This document shows positions 37,691 to 47,385 of a stretch of 64,000 bases of DNA, in pieces (position 1 is the first letter of the stretch; each line of letters starts with the position of its first letter). This DNA comes from Nitrosopumilus sp. GTDB lineage: Archaea > Thermoproteota > Nitrososphaeria > Nitrososphaerales > Nitrosopumilaceae. The stretch is from contig OZ242220.1 in assembly GCA_965206745.1 (NCBI GenBank), positions 608,001 to 672,000 on the forward strand. Direction: 5' to 3'. The position numbers and the translations under genes are program-made. The notes beneath the pieces are model-generated. The model was not told the origin of the DNA, did not search any database, and saw nothing but the letters and a program-made list of their open reading frames with translations.

Positions 37691-37801
37691 AAATGTACAA
37701 AGCGTTGGCCCTGTCCTAATTTCAACATACGTGTCAATAATACACTTCCCTGTGGTTTTTCTGAAAAGAGTTAAACTGTGTCAAGGTGTCTCTGAATCAA
37801 G

Positions 37802-38764
37802 TTGGCAGAAAAAGAACCGTTCCTTGATGCAATGAAGAGTCGCATATTGCTATTTGATGGTGCGATGGGAACTGAAATCCAGAGACACGACCCAAAGCCT
37901 GAAGACTTTCCAAATGATCAAGATGGGTTCAATGACGGTCTGGTAATCACACATCCTGAATGGATCAAACAAATTCACCGGAACTATTTGGATGCCGGCT
38001 CTGACTGTATAGAAACCAACTCCTTTGGCTCAAACAAAATTAAACTTGACGAGTACGGTTTTGGTGATCAAACCATTGAATTTAATAGAAAAATTGCATC
38101 ACTTGCATCCAAAGTCTGCGCAGAGTACTCTGACAAACCCCGATATGTGGTCGGCTCCATGGGCCCGACTGGATATCTACCAAGCTCAAACGATCCTGAT
38201 CTTGGTCAAAAGCCCCTTGATGAAATCAGAGAGGCATTCGAGTTACAGGCTGAGGGATTAATTATTGGTGGTGCTGATGCACTGCTTGTTGAGACAAGCC
38301 AAGACATTCTGGAGGTCAAACTAGTCATCGAGGCATGTCACAATGCCATGCAAAAAACTGGCAAAAAAGTCCCCGTCATTGCAAACATCACTTTGGATCA
38401 ATACGGAAAGATGCTGCTTGGCACAACTACTCAGGCCGCATACACGACTGTCTCTGATATGGGAATTGATGTCTTTGGGCTGAATTGCTCAACTGGTCCA
38501 ATTGAGATGACCCCCAGTGTCCAGTGGTTAGATGAGCAAGACGAACATGGGATATTGGTAGTGCCAAACGCTGGGATGCCTGAAAACGATGGCGGACAGG
38601 CAGTTTACAAAATGACGCCTGAAAAGATGGGTGATGCCTTGGGTGATTTTCTTAACCAGTACAAAAAAGTCAGAATCATTGGCGGTTGCTGTGGGACCAA
38701 TCCTGAGCACATCAGGGTCTTGAGGAAAGTAATTGACGAAAAAGCCAACTCCATCAAGGGTTAA
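37802..38764 (+). CDS. metH: B12-dependent methionine synthase, homocysteine-binding module (split)
   Basis: DGAMGT, GLNCSTGP, PNAGMP, GGCCGT. Confidence 0.92.
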   Translation: MAEKEPFLDAMKSRILLFDGAMGTEIQRHDPKPEDFPNDQDGFNDGLVITHPEWIKQIHRNYLDAGSDCIETNSFGSNKIKLDEYGFGDQTIEFNRKIASLASKVCAEYSDKPRYVVGSMGPTGYLPSSNDPDLGQKPLDEIREAFELQAEGLIIGGADALLVETSQDILEVKLVIEACHNAMQKTGKKVPVIANITLDQYGKMLLGTTTQAAYTTVSDMGIDVFGLNCSTGPIEMTPSVQWLDEQDEHGILVVPNAGMPENDGGQAVYKMTPEKMGDALGDFLNQYKKVRIIGGCCGTNPEHIRVLRKVIDEKANSIKG

Positions 38765-38796
38765 GTATTTACAAAAACAGATGTGATCTTACTACG

Positions 38797-41295
38797 TTGA
38801 CGGTTCCAAGAGTAAGTTCTGCCCTGAAGGCAGTCGATCTAAGACAGGTTCCCGCGCCGCTAATCATTGGGGAGAGAATCAACACCCAGGGTTCCCGCAA
38901 GGCAAAGAATCTGGTCCTTGCCGATGACTATGACGGGCTAGTTGATTTGGGAAGAATCCAGGTTGAGGATGGCGCCCACTGTCTTGATGTCTGTGTCGCA
39001 ACTACAGAACGTGCAGACGAGTATGAATTTATGCTAAATTTGATAAAACGACTGAGCTTGGAGGTTGAGGCCCCTCTTGTAATTGACTCCACAGATCCCA
39101 AAGTCATCGAGGCTGCAGTAATGCAAATTCCTGGAAGACCGATAATCAACTCAATAAATCTCGAAGGCGATGGCAGCAGATTTGAAAAGCTGGCCCCTAT
39201 AATGGCAAAGTACGGGTTGCCTGCAGTCGCTTTGTGTATCGGGCCTGAGGGTATGGCCAAAACCCCTCAACAAAAGGTTGACACAGCAGAACTGCTTTAT
39301 GAGACGGGAAAACGCTATGGATTGAAAATTGAGCAGTTCATTTTTGACGTCATCACATTTACTCTGGCAACAGGCCAGGATGAATTCCTTGATGCTGGCA
39401 AAAACACTCTTGAAGGAATCAGACTAGTCAAAGAAAAATTCCCAGAATGTTTTACTACCTTGGGTCTGAGCAACATCAGCTTTGGCCTTGCACCCTATGC
39501 TAGAAAAATTATCAACTCTGCATTTTTGCATCATGCTGTAAAAAATGGCCTTGACAGTGCAATAGTTAACGCAAAAGAGATTGTCCCTTATGGTGAAATT
39601 GATGAGAAAGAGAAAAAACTTGCAGACGATCTAATCTTCAATGCCCATCCAAATGCCTTGTCTGACTTGATAACGTACTTTGAGAATGCGGGATCTCAAA
39701 GTGGCACTGCCTCCAAGAAAACAGATGTGGATCCTTTGTGGCCTGCAGGACGGCGTGCAAACTTTAGGATTGTCAATCGACTCAAGGATGGGATTCAAAA
39801 TGACGTGGTCTGTGCAATCGCAGAAAAACTTGGGAGAAACGACCTTCTCAAGGATGTCAGTGGAACTCTGTCCGTTGATGCGCCAAAAGAGATCACGCAT
39901 GATGCCGCAATCAAGGTTCTCAACGAAGATCTGCTTCCTGCCATGAAGGAGGTCGGGGACAAATTTGGCGCAGGCGAGCTAATTTTGCCCTTTGTTCTAA
40001 AGTCTGCCGAATGCATGAAGGCATCAGTGGGCGAATTGGAGAAGTATCTGGTAAAAGAGGAGGGTACAAGCAAGGGCATCCTTGTTTTGGGGACTGTTTA
40101 TGGTGACGTACATGACATTGGCAAGAATCTTGTAAAGACGATTTTTCAAAATAATGGATACACTGTACATGATTTGGGAAAGCAGGTTCCGTTACAAAAG
40201 TTCCTTGAAAAAATTGATCAAACAAAGCCTGATGCCATAGGACTATCGGCATTGTTGGTATCCACATCAAAGCAGATGAGGTTGTTTGTAGAACATGCCA
40301 GAAAGAACGGCATGGATGTCCCGATTCTTTGTGGTGGTGCGGCAATTAACAGCAACTATATCAACAGGATAGCAAAGGATGATGGGATTTACGGGCCTGG
40401 CGTATTTTACTGCAATACCATGTTTGAGGGCCTCAAAACAATGGATGCTCTGGTTTCAGATCAAAAACCAAAACTCTTAGCTGATTGGAAGGAGAAACTG
40501 GAGAACTGGAAGGAGAAATCAGTCGTATCAGTAGATCCTAGCACACTTCCAAAAAGTGAGATTAAGCCGGTTCAACCTCCTGTTCCAAAAGTAATTGGAG
40601 AGCCAATCCGGCTAAAGCTAGATCAAATCAACATGGGTCAAGTTTGGGACCTGATTGATAAGAAATCCCTATTCAAATTATCGTGGGGACTGAGGGGAAA
40701 GGCAGGTTCTGAATCTGAGGCCGAACATGAACAGCTGCTAACAGAATGGAAGATGAGGATAATCAGAGAAGGACTCTTTGAGCCTGAAATTGTTTACGGA
40801 TATTTCAAATGCCACAACAAGGATCGAAAATTACTAGTTGAGAATCCTGCCGGTGATGACGTTGAATTGGAATTTCCACGTTCTACCCGGCCTGAGCATC
40901 TGTGTCTGACTGATTATTTTGGAGATGATGATGTGGTTGCATTTCAGTCTGTAACTGTGGGAAATAAGGTGGCAGATATCATTGAGCAATGGAATAAGGA
41001 GGACAAGTATACTGATGCGTACTATCTGCATGGACTGGCAGTAGAAGTTGCAGAAGCATTGGCTGAATGGGTAAATCAGAGAATCAAGACTGAGCTGAAT
41101 TTGGAAAGAGGCGGTTTAAGGTATAGCTGGGGATTCCCTAGCTGCCCTGATGTGTCCCAGCACCATCTGGTATGGAAACTGCTACAGCCTGAAAAGTCTG
41201 GAATGGTTTTGACTGAATCTGGACAAATTATCCCTGAACAGTCCACTGCGGCCATTGTGATTCATCATCCAGACGCAAAATACTTTGTCACCTAA
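38797..41295 (+). CDS. metH: B12-dependent methionine synthase, pterin/cobalamin/reactivation modules
   Basis: IGERIN, GDVHDIGKNLV, GLSALL, RYSWGFPSCPD. Confidence 0.93.
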   Translation: MTVPRVSSALKAVDLRQVPAPLIIGERINTQGSRKAKNLVLADDYDGLVDLGRIQVEDGAHCLDVCVATTERADEYEFMLNLIKRLSLEVEAPLVIDSTDPKVIEAAVMQIPGRPIINSINLEGDGSRFEKLAPIMAKYGLPAVALCIGPEGMAKTPQQKVDTAELLYETGKRYGLKIEQFIFDVITFTLATGQDEFLDAGKNTLEGIRLVKEKFPECFTTLGLSNISFGLAPYARKIINSAFLHHAVKNGLDSAIVNAKEIVPYGEIDEKEKKLADDLIFNAHPNALSDLITYFENAGSQSGTASKKTDVDPLWPAGRRANFRIVNRLKDGIQNDVVCAIAEKLGRNDLLKDVSGTLSVDAPKEITHDAAIKVLNEDLLPAMKEVGDKFGAGELILPFVLKSAECMKASVGELEKYLVKEEGTSKGILVLGTVYGDVHDIGKNLVKTIFQNNGYTVHDLGKQVPLQKFLEKIDQTKPDAIGLSALLVSTSKQMRLFVEHARKNGMDVPILCGGAAINSNYINRIAKDDGIYGPGVFYCNTMFEGLKTMDALVSDQKPKLLADWKEKLENWKEKSVVSVDPSTLPKSEIKPVQPPVPKVIGEPIRLKLDQINMGQVWDLIDKKSLFKLSWGLRGKAGSESEAEHEQLLTEWKMRIIREGLFEPEIVYGYFKCHNKDRKLLVENPAGDDVELEFPRSTRPEHLCLTDYFGDDDVVAFQSVTVGNKVADIIEQWNKEDKYTDAYYLHGLAVEVAEALAEWVNQRIKTELNLERGGLRYSWGFPSCPDVSQHHLVWKLLQPEKSGMVLTESGQIIPEQSTAAIVIHHPDAKYFVT

Positions 41296-42029
41296 TTAGA
41301 TAATTTTTCTAAAAACCCATCCAATCCGCCAAAGTCGCTAGGTGATGTGATTAATACATCCCCTGTTATTTGATGTGTTTTGTGTAGCATCTCTTCAAAC
41401 TCTTGACTGTATGACTCTAAATCCAAATTCAAAAACTTTGCAGATTTCTCATTCTTAGGCGACGGGTACAGCAGAATTGGAATTATGGCAAACCCTTCAA
41501 GATTCTTTGCTAGATTTTGAACCTGCTCTATGTTTTGAATAACCTGCGTCATGAATCCCTTGGGCCTTGCATCTATCTTCTTTCTGATTTTGGAAAAATT
41601 GGGCTTGTTTGATATTGAAAGATACAAATCGATTTTTGAATCCATTCCCTGATCTCTTAACCTCTTTACTGTCAAACTTGGAATCTGACCTGAATCTGCC
41701 TTTCCTGTTTGCGAAGGATCTCCCATCAGTACCAGAATCCCTGAAAATCCTATGGAGATGCAGTTTTCTACGAATTCTGAAATCTCGTCCTCATCTTTGT
41801 CCCTAACTCTTAGGCTGATGGTAATTGGCAAACCTGGAATTTCCTCTTTGATGATTTTTCCAACTTTGATAGGTGAGACTCTTTGTAATCCCAACACATT
41901 TTCTGTCAGGTGTATTGCATCACATTTTTTTGAAATGATTTTTATCTTATCTACAAATCTTCGAATTGATTCATCTGTGTCCGTACCCGGCAGAATTTTG
42001 GGCGGGTTGGCTTCGTATCTTATCGTCAT
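41292..42029 (-). CDS. Methylenetetrahydrofolate reductase-like protein
   Basis: YEANPPK, LRVRD, LMGDP, FMTQ; convergent with metH (track start 42101). Confidence 0.75.
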   Translation of the reverse strand: MTIRYEANPPKILPGTDTDESIRRFVDKIKIISKKCDAIHLTENVLGLQRVSPIKVGKIIKEEIPGLPITISLRVRDKDEDEISEFVENCISIGFSGILVLMGDPSQTGKADSGQIPSLTVKRLRDQGMDSKIDLYLSISNKPNFSKIRKKIDARPKGFMTQVIQNIEQVQNLAKNLEGFAIIPILLYPSPKNEKSAKFLNLDLESYSQEFEEMLHKTHQITGDVLITSPSDFGGLDGFLEKLSN

Positions 42030-42103
42030 ATTTTCAGTTCTTCTATCCTTGGTTAAAACCTTTGAATACCAAAACCCATATGGAATAGTGGGATAGAACA
42101 CCG

Positions 42104-42652
42104 ATGCTCTTAGATGATTTAAAATCCAGTCTCTCTACTTTGATTAATCCTAAAATTGAATCAGATGGGAAATATCGCTTGGCATCAATACTTGTAGTAA
42201 TTTATGGCCAAGAACCGATTGTTATAATGACTGAAAAACCAAGACATATGAAATTTCATGCAGGTGAAATCTCATTCCCCGGCGGAAAGCTGGATTCTGG
42301 CGATTCGGATCTTTTGGAAACTGCATTACGTGAAACACGTGAGGAGATTGGACTGACAATTTCTAAAGAGCAAGTAGTTGGTCAACTAGACCCTGTCGTG
42401 ACTCTAAATTCTGGATTTTTAATTTTACCATTTATCTCAGTTGTAAATAAAATTCCCAAACTGCATGCAAACTCTGAAGTCGAAAAGATTTTTCACATTC
42501 CTTTGGAGTCGTTTTTAAAAACCCAGGCAAGGGATCCAGATCCATCTCACAATCTAATTCAGGAAATGTATACTTTTGAATATCAAAATCAAATTGTATG
42601 GGGTGCTTCTGCAAGAATCTTAAAACAGATTCAAGATTGCCTGAAATCCTGA
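42104..42652 (+). CDS. Nudix hydrolase, CoA pyrophosphatase-like
   Basis: HAGEISFPGGK...ALRETREEIGL; VWGASA. Confidence 0.9.
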   Translation: MLLDDLKSSLSTLINPKIESDGKYRLASILVVIYGQEPIVIMTEKPRHMKFHAGEISFPGGKLDSGDSDLLETALRETREEIGLTISKEQVVGQLDPVVTLNSGFLILPFISVVNKIPKLHANSEVEKIFHIPLESFLKTQARDPDPSHNLIQEMYTFEYQNQIVWGASARILKQIQDCLKS

Positions 42653-42689
42653 GATTCATTTAAAAAGAGCTCTTCGTGCCTGAAAATCT

Positions 42690-42848
42690 ATGGCTGCGCG
42701 CAAGTCCTCTCCAAGGAAAATCCGTCTACTCAAAAAGACTAGACAGACATCAGCAGTACCTGCATGGATTATTCTCAAAACCAAGAGAGGTGTAAGGACG
42801 AATCCAAAACGCAGAGCTTGGAGATCAACTGATGTGGAGGTCGGATAG
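42690..42848 (+). CDS. rpl39e: 50S ribosomal protein L39e (52 aa, not in ORF track)
   Basis: Hand translation MAARKSSPRKIRLLKKTRQTSAVPAWIILKTKRGVRTNPKRRAWRSTDVEVG, directly before rpl31e. Confidence 0.93.
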   Translation: MAARKSSPRKIRLLKKTRQTSAVPAWIILKTKRGVRTNPKRRAWRSTDVEVG

Positions 42849-43586
42849 ATGTCTCAGGAATTAGAGCGAGTTTATACAATTAATCTTGGTAAAGTGAAAA
42901 TTTCACAATCTCAACATAGAGCTGTTAGAGCAATTAACATGATTAGAGAATTTGCTAGGCATCACATGAAAGTTGAGACAATCAAAATAGAGGAAGAATT
43001 ATCTCATGAAATTTGGGCAAGAGGTGTCAGAAATCCTCCGAGAAAAGTCAGGGTAAGAATGAGCAAAACTGAGGAAGGTCATATTCTTGTTTCTAGATAT
43101 GATGAAGATGCAGAGTCTAAAGCTATTCCTGAAACTAAAAAAGTTTCAGATAAAGTAGAAGAACCAAAAACACCAGAGCCAGCTAAGGAAACACCAAAAC
43201 CAACCAAGACTGAAGAACCAAAAACACCAGAGCCAGCTAAGGAAACACCAAAACCAACCAAGACTGAAGAACCAAAAACACCAGAGCCAGCTAAGGAAAC
43301 ACCAAAACCAACCAAGACTGAAGAACCAAAAACACCAGAGCCAGCTAAGGAAACACCAAAACCAACCAAGACTGAAGAACCAAAAACACCAGAGCCAGCT
43401 AAGGAAACACCAAAACCAACCAAGACTGAAGAACCAAAAACACCAGAGCCAGCTAAGGAAACACCAAAACCAACCAAGACTGAAGAACCAAAAACACCAG
43501 AGCCAGCTAAGGAAACACCAAAACCAACCAAGACTGAAGAACCAAAAACACCAGAGCCAGCTAAGGAAACACCAAAGAAAGATTAA
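42849..43586 (+). CDS. rpl31e: 50S ribosomal protein L31e with repetitive C-terminal extension
   Basis: ERVYTINL, RAVRAI, IWARGVRNPPRKVRV. Confidence 0.93.
   Translation: MSQELERVYTINLGKVKISQSQHRAVRAINMIREFARHHMKVETIKIEEELSHEIWARGVRNPPRKVRVRMSKTEEGHILVSRYDEDAESKAIPETKKVSDKVEEPKTPEPAKETPKPTKTEEPKTPEPAKETPKPTKTEEPKTPEPAKETPKPTKTEEPKTPEPAKETPKPTKTEEPKTPEPAKETPKPTKTEEPKTPEPAKETPKPTKTEEPKTPEPAKETPKPTKTEEPKTPEPAKETPKKD
43158..43577 (+). repeat. Perfect 54-bp tandem repeat (EEPKTPEPAKETPKPTKT), 7 full copies plus 1 partial
   Basis: gaagaaccaaaaacaccagagccagctaaggaaacaccaaaaccaaccaagact repeated. Confidence 0.97.
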
Positions 43587-43620
43587 TCCTTTTCAAAAAT
43601 TATAATTTTTAAAAACCAGT

Positions 43621-44571
43621 TTATTCCAACTGATACAAGTCTAATTCACAGTCAATACTGCAATCTGGAGTTGTCCAATCTAGGGTATCTTCTTGAGGAA
43701 TCATTCCTAAAGGATCATAGTTGTCAAACTTTGTCATTCCTTGAATTGATGATAGCATTACGACTTTGGAATCATCCGAATTTGAGGCCATGTCTATCTG
43801 TGAATTACTTTCATTAACTATTCCTGCAGTGAGACTTGTAATTGAGTTGATCACTCCCACGGGAATGTTGCTTCCTCCAACCACATACAGCATTGAGCGC
43901 TTAATCGAGTTTGGCGTGACATTGTCATAAAGCATTTTTAATGAATCTCTCAGTGAATCCTCCATACTTTGTCCGTCCTTGCTTGTTGTGAGGATATTTG
44001 TCTCATTGGATATCTCAGATGAGGCAAGTGAATTTACTACATGCATCATTGCAGAATTTGCAATTTCATAGCATGCTTTTGGACTCAAGTCTGGATTGCT
44101 ATCAAGCAGTGAATCATTGTCAAGCACAATAGTGCACGCAGAGTTTTCCCTGACCCTCTTTAGTGACACCCCTGAGTTGAAAATCCTGTCTTTTTCATAT
44201 TTGAAAGGCATAATTGCAAATGAAACCAGTCCTGCATCCACCTCTTTGCACATCTCTGATATCACCGGTGCCATGGCTGAACCTGCCTTGCCTGCCAAGT
44301 TACTCATTAGGATGACTGTTGAATAGCCTGAAATTTTTGATTTTATCTCCTTTGCAACTTTGTACGTTGAGCCTCTGATTAACTGGACTGATGGGTTGAT
44401 AATTGAATCCGTTGAAACGTGAACAGATGGGCTCTCTGATGAGAAATCCTTCTTGTCATTACTAATTACCAGACAATCAGAATTTAGCGAGTTTTTTGCC
44501 TTTATAGCTAGTTTTGAGCCTATGCCTCCCAAGCCTACTACCAAAATCGGTTCTTTAACTTGAAAATTCAT
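43621..44571 (-). CDS. ftsZ: Divergent thaumarchaeal FtsZ/tubulin-family protein
   Basis: VVGLGGIG, degenerate tubulin loop LAGKAGS, MPFKYE, LDNDSL. Confidence 0.8.
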   Translation of the reverse strand: MNFQVKEPILVVGLGGIGSKLAIKAKNSLNSDCLVISNDKKDFSSESPSVHVSTDSIINPSVQLIRGSTYKVAKEIKSKISGYSTVILMSNLAGKAGSAMAPVISEMCKEVDAGLVSFAIMPFKYEKDRIFNSGVSLKRVRENSACTIVLDNDSLLDSNPDLSPKACYEIANSAMMHVVNSLASSEISNETNILTTSKDGQSMEDSLRDSLKMLYDNVTPNSIKRSMLYVVGGSNIPVGVINSITSLTAGIVNESNSQIDMASNSDDSKVVMLSSIQGMTKFDNYDPLGMIPQEDTLDWTTPDCSIDCELDLYQLE

Positions 44572-44644
44572 TTCTGTTCTTCTTTTTTGATTCAGATAAA
44601 AAACCTTCTTACGTTTTTTTAATCAAATTTTAGATCGAAAAAAA

Positions 44645-45913
44645 TTAGCTTGCGATCTTGCCAACCAGTCTCTTTACGGTGGCATCTGTGATCTCTACTG
44701 TGTGGGATTGACCAATATCCACGTCATCCTTCACTGCTATAGGCTTGTAGGCAAAGTTTCTGCCCTTGATCCCCTCCTCTGTCATTTCATCAAATAGGAC
44801 TTTGCCTTTCCAACCGATCCACTTTTGGTTGCTTTTCATTGACAATTTGTTGATCTGTTCAAAAATTATCTTGCTTCTCCGCTTGATCTCTGCAGCATCA
44901 ATCTGTTTCATTTCTGCAGCGTCTGTTCCGGGTCTGGCACTGTACTTTGACAGATTAACAACATCTGGCTTTGTTTGGTCTAGCAGTGAAATCGTCTTTT
45001 GAAATTCTTCCTCAGTTTCAGAGGGAAACCCCACAATGATATCAGTAGAGATGGTAAAGTCTCCAAATCTTGATTTTACCTTCTCGACAATCTCCCTAAA
45101 CGTTGCAGACGTATGACCGCGCTTCATGTCATTGAGTACTTTGTCACTTCCGCTCTGTACGGGAATGTGTAAAAATTTGAAGACCTTCTCGCTATCAAAT
45201 GACTCAATCAGACCCTTCTTGATTCTTGGCATGTACATTGGATTCATCATTCCGACCCTCACCATGAAATCCTCTGGAATCTCTGTGACTGCATTTACCA
45301 ATGCAGGCAGATCTGTACCTATGTCCAGTCCGTAACATCCGTTGTCCGTGGATGTTAGCCATACTTCTTTGCATCCCTCTTTAATTTCCGTTTTAACTTG
45401 TCTTACAATGTCTCCCAATCTGTAACTTGAAAGATCTCCCTTGGCTATCTTGGTCTGGCAAAATGTACACTCGCTCATACATCCGCTTGCAATCTCTACA
45501 ATCCCCACTGCTGGATTCAGTCTGACCTTGGGAAGTCCCACTTTGGATAAATCCGTGTCCTCCAATGCAATTTGCCTTCTTCCGTCTAACGTTGAACTGA
45601 TCACCTGCAGTGTCTTTCCCAATGAGTTGGGTCCTAACAAACTGGCATTCTCTGAATACTTTTCAACTGTCTCTTTTTCTGCTTTTGGAAGGCATCCTGC
45701 CACTATGAGCGGTTTTGATTTTAATGAGTTAATCCTGTACATCATCTTGTTTGCAGTTGAATCTTTAACGGAGCACGTAACTACAATGTTCAGATCAGAG
45801 TCTGAAGGGTTATCAGCCAAGGTATGGCCTCCATTTTTAATCAGCCCTGAAATCATCTCCGAATCTGCAAAACTAGCAGAACATCCGTAGGCTTCGACGA
45901 AAATCTTTGCCAT
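44645..45913 (-). CDS. tRNA t6A methylthiotransferase (archaeal MtaB/CDKAL1-like radical SAM)
   Basis: UPF0004 domain YGCSAS, CMSECTFC, PVQSGS, C-terminal TRAM. Confidence 0.88.
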   Translation of the reverse strand: MAKIFVEAYGCSASFADSEMISGLIKNGGHTLADNPSDSDLNIVVTCSVKDSTANKMMYRINSLKSKPLIVAGCLPKAEKETVEKYSENASLLGPNSLGKTLQVISSTLDGRRQIALEDTDLSKVGLPKVRLNPAVGIVEIASGCMSECTFCQTKIAKGDLSSYRLGDIVRQVKTEIKEGCKEVWLTSTDNGCYGLDIGTDLPALVNAVTEIPEDFMVRVGMMNPMYMPRIKKGLIESFDSEKVFKFLHIPVQSGSDKVLNDMKRGHTSATFREIVEKVKSRFGDFTISTDIIVGFPSETEEEFQKTISLLDQTKPDVVNLSKYSARPGTDAAEMKQIDAAEIKRRSKIIFEQINKLSMKSNQKWIGWKGKVLFDEMTEEGIKGRNFAYKPIAVKDDVDIGQSHTVEITDATVKRLVGKIAS

Positions 45914-45915
45914 GA

Positions 45916-47277
45916 TTATCGAAATAGGGAATCGATCTCTTTGTTGCTCATTAGCCTCTTTGAAACAACAAGCTCCCTGATAGTTTTTCCGGTCTTTAGT
46001 GACTCTTTGAATAGTTCTGCCGACTTTAGATATCCTATTTTCGGGGTCAGTAATGTGACAATTACAGGGCTGTTTTCAATATCCTGGCGTAATTTGTCCT
46101 TGTTGGCAGTCAGCCCGTCAATGAGATTCGCAGAAAATATGGGAAGAAAATTTTTCAGCATATCAGTCGATTCTAGCATGCATTTTAGCATCCCTGGAAG
46201 CATGACGTTTAGCTCAAACTGTCCGCCCTGCGCTGCACAAGAAACTGTCGTATCGTTCCCAATTATATTAAAGCAAATCATGTTCATGCATTCGGCCAAG
46301 GATGGATTTACCTTGCCAGGCATGATAGACGAGCCGGCATGAACTGCCGGAATTCCCAATTCTGCCAGTCCTGCAATCGGTCCTGATGCCATTAGTCTGA
46401 TATCGTTTGCGACTTTGCCAACCTCTATTGCCAAGTTCCGTAACGACCCTGACAAATTTGCTACTGCAAACTTGCTCTGCAGACCATGCTGCATGTCTTT
46501 TTCCGGTTTTAGTGATAGTTTTGAAATCTTACCCAGCTCCGCTATTGCAATCTTCCTGTATCCCTTTGGCGTATTGGCCCCGGAACCCACTGCGGTTCCT
46601 CCTAGTGGAACATTTTGCAATTCTTTTTGCGCATCAATAATCTCCCTCTTTGCTTTAGAAATTGACGTGGCATAGGCTGCAAACTCACTGCCCAGTGTTA
46701 CCGGCAGTGCATCCATCAGATGGGTCCTTCCAATCTTCTTAAATGATGAAAACTGCTTTGCCTTTCTTGATAATGACTTTATCAAAACATCGATGGCAGG
46801 AATGGTCTCTTTCAGATTCATCAAAATTGCGACATGCATTGCAGTAGGATACGTGTCGTTACTTGACTGTGACATGTTGACATGATCATTTGGGTGAAGA
46901 AATTCATACTGGCCTTTCTTTTTGCGCAATACCTCTAGTGCGACATTTGAAATTACTTCGTTAGAATTCATGTTAAATGCAGTACCTGCGCCGGAATTTA
47001 TCATATCCACTACAAACTGATCAAAATATTTTCCAGCCAGGATCTTATCACATGCTGTGAGAATCGCTTTTCCGCGTTTTGCATCAATTGCCTTTGTTTT
47101 CATATTTGCAACTGCCGCAGAGCGTTTTATCATTACAAACGACCTGATCAAATTCTCATGGCTTTTGCTACCAGTCACGTGGTACTGTTTGATTGCCCTT
47201 CCTGTGAATGCCCCATAGTATGCATTTGCTGGGATTTTGACCTTACCAAGCGAGTCCTGATCTAATCTGAACTTCAT
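45916..47277 (-). CDS. fumC: Class II fumarate hydratase/aspartase family
   Basis: HPNDHVNMSQSSND, GRTHLMDA, GSSIMPGKVNP. Confidence 0.8.
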   Translation of the reverse strand: MKFRLDQDSLGKVKIPANAYYGAFTGRAIKQYHVTGSKSHENLIRSFVMIKRSAAVANMKTKAIDAKRGKAILTACDKILAGKYFDQFVVDMINSGAGTAFNMNSNEVISNVALEVLRKKKGQYEFLHPNDHVNMSQSSNDTYPTAMHVAILMNLKETIPAIDVLIKSLSRKAKQFSSFKKIGRTHLMDALPVTLGSEFAAYATSISKAKREIIDAQKELQNVPLGGTAVGSGANTPKGYRKIAIAELGKISKLSLKPEKDMQHGLQSKFAVANLSGSLRNLAIEVGKVANDIRLMASGPIAGLAELGIPAVHAGSSIMPGKVNPSLAECMNMICFNIIGNDTTVSCAAQGGQFELNVMLPGMLKCMLESTDMLKNFLPIFSANLIDGLTANKDKLRQDIENSPVIVTLLTPKIGYLKSAELFKESLKTGKTIRELVVSKRLMSNKEIDSLFR

Positions 47278-47385
47278 GATGACCTTACTGGTTTATACCC
47301 ATTATTCATTCTTTTTCAGACATTTTCAAAATTTCATGTGCCTGTAATGCGAATTATTATATAGGAATTGCAGATGCGTTGCATT

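Noticed and set aside
37802-41295. Split metH as a frameshifted pseudogene
   Set aside because: The break falls at a domain boundary and both parts are intact with separate starts; split MetH is a known arrangement
43158-43577. 54-bp repeat as a CRISPR array
   Set aside because: No unique spacers, in frame within rpl31e, and no cas genes in the window
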